24,000 bases of DNA from Tamlana crocina (GCA_040429635.1 CP158972.1:9918-33917), one strand, 5' to 3'. Counted from the stretch's first letter, positions 10,601 to 18,139 are shown. Notes: a model not told the origin generated them from the sequence alone. Numbers and translations: made by a program.

Positions 10601-10604
10601 CTCT

Positions 10605-11801
10605 ATGGAATTTCCTAAAAAACTTGTGCAAAAATTAGAAAATCGCAAAGAAAACAACGCTTTTCGAGAATTGGGAACGCCGTCTGGTTTAGTGGATTTT
10701 TCATCAAACGATTATTTGGGGTTTTCAAAAAACGAAACGATTTTCAATAATGCCCACCAGTTTTTAATTAAAAACCACATAAAACAAAACGGAGCCACGG
10801 GGTCGCGCTTGCTTTCCGGAAACCACCAACTTTACGATGTGGTTGAAAGCCTACTTTACCAATTCCACAACAGCGCATCGGCTTTGATTTTCAATTCAGG
10901 CTACGACGCCAATATTGGCTTTTTTTCAAGCGTACCGCAACGTGGCGATGTTATTATATATGATGTACTAATCCATGCTTCCATTCGCGATGGCATATCG
11001 ATGAGCAACGCCAAAGGTTACAAGTTTAAACATAATGATTTGGAGGATTTGGAAAAACTAATTCTTCGTCATTCTGAACCTTCTCACCTTGAGCGGAGTC
11101 AAAAGGTTGTTTCAGAATCGCACCATAACATTTACATCGTTACCGAATCGGTATTCTCCATGGATGGCGACACCCCAAACCTCGTTGGGCTTTCAGAATT
11201 ATGCAAAAAGCACAACGCTTACTTGGTGGTTGACGAGGCCCATGCCATTGGCGTTTTTGGTAAAAACGGCACTGGATTAATACAACAGTTACAACTTGAA
11301 CACGATATTTTCGCTCGCATCGTCACTTTTGGAAAAGCCATGGGCTGCCACGGCGCCGCCATTTTGGGCAGCAATAGTCTAAAAGCATTTTTGGTGAATT
11401 TTTCGCGCTCCTTTATTTATACCACAGCCTTGCCCCCACATAGTTTAGCGACCATTCAATCGGCTTACAACGAATTATCCAAAACCGAAAGTATAAATAA
11501 GCTACAAGATAATATTGCGTTTTTTAAATCTGAAATGGTTAAAAACAACCTTAACAACAGCTTTATCGAAAGTCATTCTGCCATACATTGTTGCATCATT
11601 CCGGGAAACGAAACGGTGAAACACATCGCCCAACAAATCCAAAAAAGCGGTTTTGATGTAAAGCCTATTTTATCACCTACCGTACCCAAGGGGCAGGAAC
11701 GGTTGCGGTTTTGTTTACACAGTTACAATTCTAAAAAGGAAATTTCGGAAGTTTTACAGCGACTTTCTATTTTTGTGGTTCAGCATGACGCAACACATTA
11801 A
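10605..11801 (+). CDS. bioF: 8-amino-7-oxononanoate synthase
   Basis: Class-II aminotransferase pattern: FSSNDYLGF, GATGSRLLSGN, SGYDANIG, ESVFSMDGD, VDEAHAIGVFG and TFGKAMG (PLP lysine). The start is set at MEFPKKL rather than the upstream ORF-track start at 10563. Confidence 0.92.
   Translation: MEFPKKLVQKLENRKENNAFRELGTPSGLVDFSSNDYLGFSKNETIFNNAHQFLIKNHIKQNGATGSRLLSGNHQLYDVVESLLYQFHNSASALIFNSGYDANIGFFSSVPQRGDVIIYDVLIHASIRDGISMSNAKGYKFKHNDLEDLEKLILRHSEPSHLERSQKVVSESHHNIYIVTESVFSMDGDTPNLVGLSELCKKHNAYLVVDEAHAIGVFGKNGTGLIQQLQLEHDIFARIVTFGKAMGCHGAAILGSNSLKAFLVNFSRSFIYTTALPPHSLATIQSAYNELSKTESINKLQDNIAFFKSEMVKNNLNNSFIESHSAIHCCIIPGNETVKHIAQQIQKSGFDVKPILSPTVPKGQERLRFCLHSYNSKKEISEVLQRLSIFVVQHDATH
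11071..11118. repeat. 48-nt palindromic element lying in frame inside bioF
   Basis: Arms are attctgaa..cctt (11071-11082) and aaggttgtttcagaat (11103-11118). The core accttgagcggagtcaaaaggtt (11086-11108) recurs in inverted orientation at 14981-15003 (21/23). It encodes about 16 aa (SEPSHLERSQKVVSES) between two conserved BioF blocks. Confidence 0.65.
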
Positions 11802-11807
11802 GCATCA

Positions 11808-12221
11808 ATGAGCGATACATTTAAAACCATAGCCCGATTTCAATACTCCACCGAAGCCCAAATTGTAAAAGGCCGGCTGGAGGCCGAAGGCATTCAGGTG
11901 TTTATGCAGGATAATTTCACCATCGACACCGACCCACTGGTGAGCAACGCCATTGGCGGCGTTAAACTTAAAGTGTTATCGCGACAAGCCTTGGAAGCCC
12001 AACATATTTTGGCGTCCATTAAAAAATATTCGGTTGACGATGATGGCAACACCATACAATGCCCTAATTGTAACAGCGAAAACATTGAGCTCTTTTCAAC
12101 CATAAAAGATGCCAAGTCCTTTTTTGCTTTTATTTTTGGTGTATTATTTTCATCGTTGCCTTTTTACACCAGGCACAAGTACAAATGCGAAAATTGTAAC
12201 ACGGAATTCGATTTAAAATGA
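11808..12221 (+). CDS. DUF2007-like domain protein with a C-terminal double CxxC zinc ribbon flanking a hydrophobic segment
   Basis: ARFQYSTEAQIVKGRLEAEGIQVFMQDNFTIDTDPLVSNAIGGVKLKV matches the DUF2007 (putative signal-transducing protein) pattern as I recall it. It is followed by CPNCNSE, a hydrophobic stretch FFAFIFGVLFSSLPF, then CENCNTEF. The start is 7 nt after the bioF stop. Confidence 0.75.
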   Translation: MSDTFKTIARFQYSTEAQIVKGRLEAEGIQVFMQDNFTIDTDPLVSNAIGGVKLKVLSRQALEAQHILASIKKYSVDDDGNTIQCPNCNSENIELFSTIKDAKSFFAFIFGVLFSSLPFYTRHKYKCENCNTEFDLK

Positions 12222-12234
12222 TTTTTACCACTAA

Positions 12235-12276
12235 TTCACGAATCATTTTCCAATAACTACAAAATAGATTCGTGCA
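12235..12276. repeat. Inverted repeat in the spacer upstream of bioD
   Basis: ttcacgaatc (12235-12244) pairs with gattcgtgca (12267-12276), 9/10 complementary, around a 22-nt loop. Confidence 0.6.
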
Positions 12277-12300
12277 TTCGTAGCCTCTTAAAAAAATTCA

Positions 12301-12915
12301 ATGAAAAATAAAACATACTTTATAACAGGAATATCAACCGAGGTGGGCAAAACCGTAGCTTCGGCCATCGTTACCGAAGCCTTGGAAGCCGATTATTGGA
12401 AACCCATACAGGCTGGCGATTTAGACCATAGCGACACCCATAAAGTGGAGCGTTTGGTTTCCAATAAAAAATCACAATTTCACCCCAATACCTATGCCCT
12501 TAACACGCCTATGAGTCCGCATGCCGCAGCCGAAATTGATGGCATTACCATAGACTTAAAAAATATAAATGCGCCTAAAACCAAAAATCATTTGGTCATA
12601 GAAGGCGCAGGTGGCTTACTGGTTCCATTGAACGACAAAGAAACCATTTTAAATATTATCCAACCCGATTTTAAAGTCATCGTGGTATCGCGCCACTATT
12701 TGGGCAGCATCAACCATACGCTTTTAACGGTCAATTTATTAAAGGAAAAAGGCTTTGATGTGTCCATTATTTTCAGTGGAAACGAACACAAAACCACCGA
12801 ATCCATCATCGAAAAAATGACCAATATTCCTATTATCGGAAGGATTGAAGAAGAACCCTATTTTGACCAAAATGTGATAAAGGAATATGCGGAACGATTT
12901 AGGGAGAAGCTGTAG
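12301..12915 (+). CDS. bioD: Dethiobiotin synthase
   Basis: It has the P-loop-like YFITGISTEVGKTVASA, then YWKPIQAG and EGAGGLLVPL. Confidence 0.9.
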   Translation: MKNKTYFITGISTEVGKTVASAIVTEALEADYWKPIQAGDLDHSDTHKVERLVSNKKSQFHPNTYALNTPMSPHAAAEIDGITIDLKNINAPKTKNHLVIEGAGGLLVPLNDKETILNIIQPDFKVIVVSRHYLGSINHTLLTVNLLKEKGFDVSIIFSGNEHKTTESIIEKMTNIPIIGRIEEEPYFDQNVIKEYAERFREKL

Positions 12916-12983
12916 CTGTCGGGAAGGAATCCACAAAAAAGATTAACAATTAAAAGATTCCTGCCTTCGCAGAAATAAAAAAT

Positions 12984-14248
12984 ATGAATTTACAAGAACG
13001 CGACAAAAAACACCTCTGGCATCCGTTAACGCAACACAAATTGCACCCTGAAGCTTTGGCTATTACTAAGGCTAAAGGTTGCACATTGACCGACGAAAAC
13101 GGCAATAAATATATCGATGCCATCGCCTCATGGTACACCTGTATGTACGGGCACTGCAATGAATACATTACCCATCGGGTGTCCGAACAAATGCAGCAAT
13201 TGGACCAAGTGGTTTTTAGCGGATTCACCCACAAACCTGCTATAGAACTCAGCGAAGCCCTCATAAACATTCTGCCCAAAAACCAAAACAAAATTTTTTT
13301 TAGCGATAACGGCTCCACGTCTGTAGAAATTGGCATTAAAATGGCTCTGCAATATCATTTTAACAACGGCAATAAAAAGAATACTTTAATCGCTTTTGAA
13401 GACGGTTTCCACGGCGACACCTTTGGTGCTATGAGCGTTTCGGGACTTTCTGTATACAACGGGCCTTTTGAGGACTTCTTTTTAAAAGTGGAACGCATTC
13501 CCGTGCCCAATGGAAAAAATCACGATGACATATTAAACACTTTACGAAATTTGGCATCAACACACCAAGTGGCCGGTTTTGTTTACGAACCCTTGGTACA
13601 AGGTGCCGCAGCCATGAAAATGCACAATACCGAAGGACTGAACCAAATTTTAAATTTCTGCACAGACCATAACATCATTACCGTTGCCGACGAAGTGATG
13701 ACAGGCTTCGGCAAAACCGGGAAACATTTCGCTTCGCTGTACATGGAAACGCCACCCGATGTGATGTGTTTAAGCAAAGCACTAACTGGCGGATTGCTGC
13801 CCATGGCACTTACCACATGCTCACAAAAAATCTATGATGCTTTTTATAGCGACAATATTGCCAAAGGGCTGTTCCATGGGCATACCTACTCGGCCAACCC
13901 TTTGGCATGTACCGCAGCCTTGGCAAGTATTGAATTATTGCAAACCGAAAACATTCAAGGTAGAATAAAAGAAATTACGGCATCACACGAAAACTTTGAA
14001 ACCGAATAAAAAATCACCCCAAAGTGAAATCCATCCGGCAAACCGGAATCATTTTCGCCCTCGATTTAGATGTAGAAATGCAACGCTACGGTAACCTCCG
14101 CGATAAACTCTTTAAGTTTTTTATGGACAACGGCGTGTTTTTACGCCCCTTGGGCAATACCATTTACATACAAGCCCCTTATGTGATTACCAACCATGAA
14201 TTGGAAAAAGTGTACCGAGTTATCGAAGAATCTTTATCAATAGTGTAA
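12984..14248 (+). pseudogene. bioA: Adenosylmethionine-8-amino-7-oxononanoate aminotransferase, split by an apparent 1-nt frameshift into fragments 12984..14009 and 14024..14248
   Basis: The first ORF holds HLWHPLTQH, FSDNGSTSVE, DEVMTGFGKTGK and LSKALTGG (PLP lysine), but it stops at ...HENFETE*. The next frame is open from 14000 and reads (N/E)(R/-)IKNHPKVKSIRQTGIIFALDL...RPLGNTIYIQAPYVIT, the normal BioA C-terminus. One added A within 13998-14006 restores a single ORF. Confidence 0.9.
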
Positions 14249-14253
14249 ATTTG
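14246..14253 (+). promoter_or_regulatory. Candidate internal -7 box (TAnnTTTG) upstream of the KAS gene
   Basis: taaatttg overlaps the bioA stop codon and lies 88 nt upstream of ATG 14341. Confidence 0.3.
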
Positions 14254-14271
14254 CAGGCTAAAATATAAACA

Positions 14272-14335
14272 GGATTCGCTCACCAAATTTTTGAGATTCC
14301 GAATCAGTCCAGAAAACCGTCTGGACAGCATGACA
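14272..14335. repeat. Two adjacent small hairpin modules in the bioA-KAS spacer
   Basis: gattcg (14273-14278) pairs with cgaatc (14300-14305). gtccaga (14307-14313) pairs with tctggac (14320-14326). Confidence 0.55.
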
Positions 14336-14340
14336 AAACT

Positions 14341-15552
14341 ATGCAAAAACCAATCTCCATAACGGCCATTTCATCCATTTCTCCATTAGGAAAATCTTCT
14401 GCGGAAGCTTGGAAAAGTTACAAAAACGAAAACCATTACTTGACTAAAAAATCGGTATTAGGCAAAGACGTTGTTGTGGCCGAAATTCCAAAGGAAGCCA
14501 AAGCGGACATTGAAATATTGAGAGAATCGGATTCCAAATACAAATCGTTGGACGACACCGTCCTTTTTGCCATGTACGCCTCACGAGAAGCGGTAAAACA
14601 GGCGAACTGGAAACCCTCGGATAATTTTGGAATCAATATCGGTTCGTCTCGCGGTGCCACAGCCCTTTTTGAAAACTATCACGAGTCTTTTTTAAAAAAT
14701 AACAAAGCCGAAACTTTAAGTTCGCCCACCACAACTTTGGGCAATATTTCGTCGTGGGTAGGTCACGATTTGCAAACCGAAGGCCCCGAAATTAGCCATT
14801 CCATCACTTGTTCCACAGCATTGCACAGCTTACTTAATGGCATTGCATGGATTAATTCGGGCATGTGCAATAAATTTTTGGTGGGCGGCAGTGAAGCGCC
14901 GCTAACTCCATTTACCATTGCGCAGATGCAGGCTCTGAAAATTTATTCTAAATATGATTTGTCAGGTCGAGCGAAGTCGAGACCTTTCGACTCCGCTCAA
15001 GGTAACATTAACCTCTACCCCTGCCGGGCATTAGACTTCAACAAAACCAAAAACACCATGGTTTTGGGCGAAGGCGCTTCCATGGCTTGTTTGGAAGAAG
15101 GTGAACAAAGCAACGCCTTGGCATTAATTACGGGCTATGGCTATGCCACCGAAATTTTAAAACACAATATTTCCATTTCGAGCGACGCAAAATGTTTTCA
15201 GAAATCGATGAAAATGGCATTGGGCGATAAAAACCCCGAAGACATTGATGTAGTAGTGATGCACGCCCCGGGTACCATTAAAGGCGACACTTCGGAATAT
15301 AAGGCCATAGAAGCCGTTTTTAACAACCACATGCCTGCAGTAACATCAAACAAATGGAAAATCGGGCATACCTTCGGGGCATCGGGCGCATTAAGCATCG
15401 AACTGGCCGTAATGATGTTGCAACACCAAGAATTTATTGGCATTCCGTATTTAGAAAACCAAAAACACCCCAAACAAATTAGAACGGTTTTAGTAAATGC
15501 TGTTGGGTTTGGGGGGAATGCCGTGAGCATATTATTGAGCAAAAAGCCGTAG
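14341..15552 (+). CDS. Beta-ketoacyl-ACP synthase family protein (KAS I/II, FabB/F-like) embedded in the biotin cluster
   Basis: Thiolase-fold condensing-enzyme pattern: ISPLG near the N-terminus, active-site Cys in SITCSTALHSL, His in VVMHAPGTIKGD, second His in KIGHTFGASG, and C-terminal NAVGFGGNAVS. Confidence 0.85.
   Translation: MQKPISITAISSISPLGKSSAEAWKSYKNENHYLTKKSVLGKDVVVAEIPKEAKADIEILRESDSKYKSLDDTVLFAMYASREAVKQANWKPSDNFGINIGSSRGATALFENYHESFLKNNKAETLSSPTTTLGNISSWVGHDLQTEGPEISHSITCSTALHSLLNGIAWINSGMCNKFLVGGSEAPLTPFTIAQMQALKIYSKYDLSGRAKSRPFDSAQGNINLYPCRALDFNKTKNTMVLGEGASMACLEEGEQSNALALITGYGYATEILKHNISISSDAKCFQKSMKMALGDKNPEDIDVVVMHAPGTIKGDTSEYKAIEAVFNNHMPAVTSNKWKIGHTFGASGALSIELAVMMLQHQEFIGIPYLENQKHPKQIRTVLVNAVGFGGNAVSILLSKKP
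14961..15006. repeat. Palindromic element lying in frame inside the KAS gene
   Basis: 12-bp stem gagcgaagtcga (14969-14980) / tcgactccgctc (14987-14998) with one mismatch and loop gacctt. gacctttcgactccgctcaaggt (14981-15003) is the reverse complement, at 21/23, of the bioF element core. It encodes roughly LSGRAKSRPFDSAQGNI. Confidence 0.65.
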
Positions 15553-15569
15553 CATAAACATATAATTAG

Positions 15570-15577
15570 TATTTTTG
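15570..15577 (+). promoter_or_regulatory. Candidate -7 box (TAnnTTTG) upstream of bioB
   Basis: tatttttg lies 22 nt upstream of ATG 15600. Confidence 0.3.
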
Positions 15578-15599
15578 GCCACAACTAACGAGCAGATTT

Positions 15600-16694
15600 A
15601 TGAGCGAGACAAGACACAATTGGACCCAACAAGAAATTCTGGATATTTACAACAAACCGTTAATGGAGTTGCTTTACGAAGCGGCTACCATACACCGTTT
15701 GCACCACGACCCTAACACGGTACAAGTAAGCACGCTACTCTCTATAAAAACAGGAGGCTGCCCAGAAGATTGTGGGTATTGTCCGCAAGCCGCTCGTTAC
15801 CACACCGATATTGAAGGCAACGATTTAATGAGCGTTCAGCAGGTAAAAGCACAGGCATTACGCGCCAAATCCAGCGGAAGCTCAAGGGTTTGTATGGGTG
15901 CCGCTTGGCGAAACGTAAAGGATGGCGAAGAATTCGACCAGGTTTTGGAAATGGTTCGCACCATCAACAAACTGGATATGGAAGTGTGCTGCACCTTGGG
16001 TATGATTACCGAAAACCAAGCAAAACGTTTGGCCGAGGCCGGTTTGTATGCCTACAACCATAATCTGGATTCTTCGGAAGAATATTACAAAGAAGTAATT
16101 TCTACTCGCGGTTTTGAAGACCGTTTAGAAACCATCGATAACGTTCGTAAAACCAATGTTACTGTTTGTAGCGGTGGTATTATTGGCATGGGTGAAAAAG
16201 TGGAAGACCGTTCGGGCATGCTCGTGGCGCTTTCCACATTGAATCCGCAACCAGAATCTGTCCCTATCAATGCTCTAGTCGCTGTTGACGGCACGCCGTT
16301 GGAAGACCAAGAGCCCGTTTCCATTTGGGACATGGTGCGTATGGTAGCTACCACCCGTATCGTGATGCCCGAAACCCAAGTACGTTTAAGTGCTGGGCGT
16401 ACGCAAATGACACGCGAAGGCCAAGCCATGTGTTTCTTTGCCGGAGCGAATTCTATTTTTGCAGGCGATAAATTACTGACCACCCCCAACCCCGATGTAA
16501 ATGAAGACATGGAAATGTTCAAACTGCTGGGCTTAAACCCACAAAAGCCATTTACCAAAAAAGTACAGCCACAAACGGTTGAAGCTCAAGATTCGCAATA
16601 CGAAGCTTTGGGTGAAAAACCAAAATGGAGCAGGCCAGAACATACCATTGAGCGCAACGAGGCAGCAAAGGCGAAAGCTAAAGCTACAAAGTAG
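15600..16694 (+). CDS. bioB: Biotin synthase (radical SAM)
   Basis: It carries the CPEDCGYCPQ CxxxCxxC motif, plus YNHNLD and GGIIGMGE, and a Lys/Ala-rich C-terminal tail. Confidence 0.97.
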   Translation: MSETRHNWTQQEILDIYNKPLMELLYEAATIHRLHHDPNTVQVSTLLSIKTGGCPEDCGYCPQAARYHTDIEGNDLMSVQQVKAQALRAKSSGSSRVCMGAAWRNVKDGEEFDQVLEMVRTINKLDMEVCCTLGMITENQAKRLAEAGLYAYNHNLDSSEEYYKEVISTRGFEDRLETIDNVRKTNVTVCSGGIIGMGEKVEDRSGMLVALSTLNPQPESVPINALVAVDGTPLEDQEPVSIWDMVRMVATTRIVMPETQVRLSAGRTQMTREGQAMCFFAGANSIFAGDKLLTTPNPDVNEDMEMFKLLGLNPQKPFTKKVQPQTVEAQDSQYEALGEKPKWSRPEHTIERNEAAKAKAKATK

Positions 16695-16759
16695 TATTTG
16701 TTGAAATAGTTCTAAAGTCAAACAGACTACCATACTTTAACAAGGCCCAACACAGGTTG

Positions 16760-16905
16760 CTGCGATCGTAATTGTAATGACGTTATATAAGAAACGCCCA
16801 CACAAAAAACGCACGTCAATTACGAGGGACGGGAAAAGTAATCTTTTCATTTGAACTAAAGAGTAAAAGATTCCCACGCTACGCTCGGAATAACTGTCCT
16901 TATAA
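16760..16905. repeat. Cluster of imperfect palindromic modules downstream of bioB
   Basis: cgtaattg (16767-16774) pairs with caattacg (16817-24). aatctttt (16840-16847) pairs with aaaagatt (16865-16872). These are flanked by partly complementary arms gtcaattacgag... and ...ctcggaataactgtc. Confidence 0.5.
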
Positions 16906-16947
16906 AACCTGTAACGTTATACTATTTCAAATCACGTAACGTTTTCT

Positions 16948-16955
16948 TAACTTTG
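16948..16955 (+). promoter_or_regulatory. Candidate -7 box (TAnnTTTG) upstream of the JmjC/cupin gene
   Basis: taactttg lies 20 nt upstream of the TTG start at 16976. Confidence 0.35.
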
Positions 16956-16975
16956 GCGCACTAAATTTTTAAGCA

Positions 16976-17836
16976 TTGGCATTAAACTTACAGGACATTC
17001 CGAGGGTAAAAACCATTACCAAATCGGATTTTTTAAAACACTACTTTAATCCGCAGAAACCTGTGGTTATCGAGCGTTTTATTGAAGACTGGCCAGCTTA
17101 TTCCAAATGGAACTTAGACTACATCAAACAAATTGGCGGCGACATTACCATTCCGCTTTACGACGATAGGCCTGTAGATTACCGCGATGGTTTTAACGAA
17201 CCGCACGCCAAAATGAAACTGGCCGATTACATCGATTTGCTGAAACGCGAGCCCACAAAATTCCGCATCTTTTTATGGAATGCCCTAAAGGAAATTCCGC
17301 AGTTACAAAACGATTTTTCGTTTCCAGACTTTGGGCTGCGGCTTATGAAAGGCATCCCTATGCTCTTTTTCGGCGGACGGGATTCTTACACTTTTATGCA
17401 CTATGATATTGATTTGGCCAATATTTTCCATTTTCATTTTGAAGGCAAAAAACAAATCATTCTGTTCGACCAAAAGCAGAATAAGTACCTGTATAAAATT
17501 CCGCATTCGCTCATTACCCGAGAGGATATCGATTTTAACAATCCCGATTTTGAAAAGTGGCCCATGCTCAAAAAAGCCAAAGGCTACCAAACCGAACTGA
17601 ACCATGGCGAGATTTTGTACATGCCCGAAGGCTATTGGCATTACATGCGCTACATCACCCCCGGTTTTTCCATGAGCCTGCGCGCCATTGCCCGAAACCC
17701 AAAAAACTTCGGTCAGGCCATTTACAACATATTAATTATGCGCAACTACGACAACCTGATGCGACGCATTAAAAAGCAAAAATGGATTGACTGGAAAAAC
17801 GAACAGGCCATAAAAAACACCCATAAGAATTTGTAG
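16976..17836 (+). CDS. JmjC/cupin-like domain protein, putative Fe(II)/2-oxoglutarate oxygenase
   Basis: The cupin_8-like layout has HxD in FMHYDID and a distal His in ILYMPEGYWHYMRY. The only in-frame start after the upstream stop (16970-16972) is TTG 16976. Confidence 0.75.
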   Translation: MALNLQDIPRVKTITKSDFLKHYFNPQKPVVIERFIEDWPAYSKWNLDYIKQIGGDITIPLYDDRPVDYRDGFNEPHAKMKLADYIDLLKREPTKFRIFLWNALKEIPQLQNDFSFPDFGLRLMKGIPMLFFGGRDSYTFMHYDIDLANIFHFHFEGKKQIILFDQKQNKYLYKIPHSLITREDIDFNNPDFEKWPMLKKAKGYQTELNHGEILYMPEGYWHYMRYITPGFSMSLRAIARNPKNFGQAIYNILIMRNYDNLMRRIKKQKWIDWKNEQAIKNTHKNL

Positions 17837-17849
17837 TTTTTAACCCTTT

Positions 17850-17960
17850 GGCATGACCTTGAAATTCGTCATTTCGAGTGAATTTCACGAAGGAAGGAGT
17901 GAAATTTGCACTTCGGCTCCGCTCAGTAGAGCTATCGAGAAAAAGAATTTTTATCTAAAA
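17850..17960. repeat. Repeat-derived spacer related to the coding-region elements
   Basis: Direct near-duplicate: gagtgaatttcacgaagg / gagtgaaatttgcacttcgg. ttcggctccgctcagtag resembles the tcgactccgctcaaggt core. The 61-aa ORF at 17853..18038 is a read-through of this material. Confidence 0.5.
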
Positions 17961-17970
17961 AAAAGTTCTC

Positions 17971-18000
17971 TCCCTATAACTATAGGGAACGATTTTTTTA
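17971..18000 (+). terminator. Possible terminator for the JmjC gene
   Basis: Stem tccctat / ataggga with loop aact, followed by acgattttttt. Confidence 0.45.
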
Positions 18001-18139
18001 AGCTCCGCTTAGGTATCTTCAATCAAAATATATTTTGATTTCAATAATCTCAAAATCACTCGAACTAACGGTTGAACCAAATTCTATTTTCAAAATATAC
18101 AACATGTAGTTTTTGTACGTCGTTTATATAAAACTTGCA

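Noticed and set aside
10563-10604. Upstream start for bioF (MNRTKSTNFAYICS...)
   Set aside because: The extension overlaps the divergent gene and a TAnnTTTG box, and it adds non-conserved residues. ATG 10605 gives a typical BioF N-terminus.
10563-10604. BirA-type operator upstream of bioF
   Set aside because: Only a weak AT-rich inverted repeat is present (caaaa-N7-ttttg). Nothing resembles the TTGTAAACC-type half sites, so the evidence is insufficient.
13998-14013. Programmed ribosomal frameshift or transcriptional slippage as the explanation for the bioA, symporter and signal-peptide breaks
   Set aside because: There is no slippery heptamer with a downstream structure. In bioA the A6 run lies after the stop codon is already read, so slippage there cannot rescue it. 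Indel error or simple mutation is more economical. It cannot be fully excluded without reads.
14024-14248. 74-aa ORF (GTG start) as an independent gene
   Set aside because: Its sequence is the normal C-terminal domain of BioA, and its frame is open back to 14000. It is a frameshift fragment.
14975-14995. SRPFD inside the KAS gene read as the canonical KAS RPFD motif
   Set aside because: The stretch lies within a nucleotide hairpin that shares a 23-nt core with the bioF insertion. The downstream CRALDFNKTKNTMVLGEGA is better spaced relative to GEGA. It is retained as a caveat in the finding because only an alignment can settle it.
17853-18038. 61-aa ORF MTLKFVISSEFHEGRSEI...
   Set aside because: It is a translation of palindromic and duplicated spacer repeats plus a terminator-like hairpin. 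It has no start context or domain signal.
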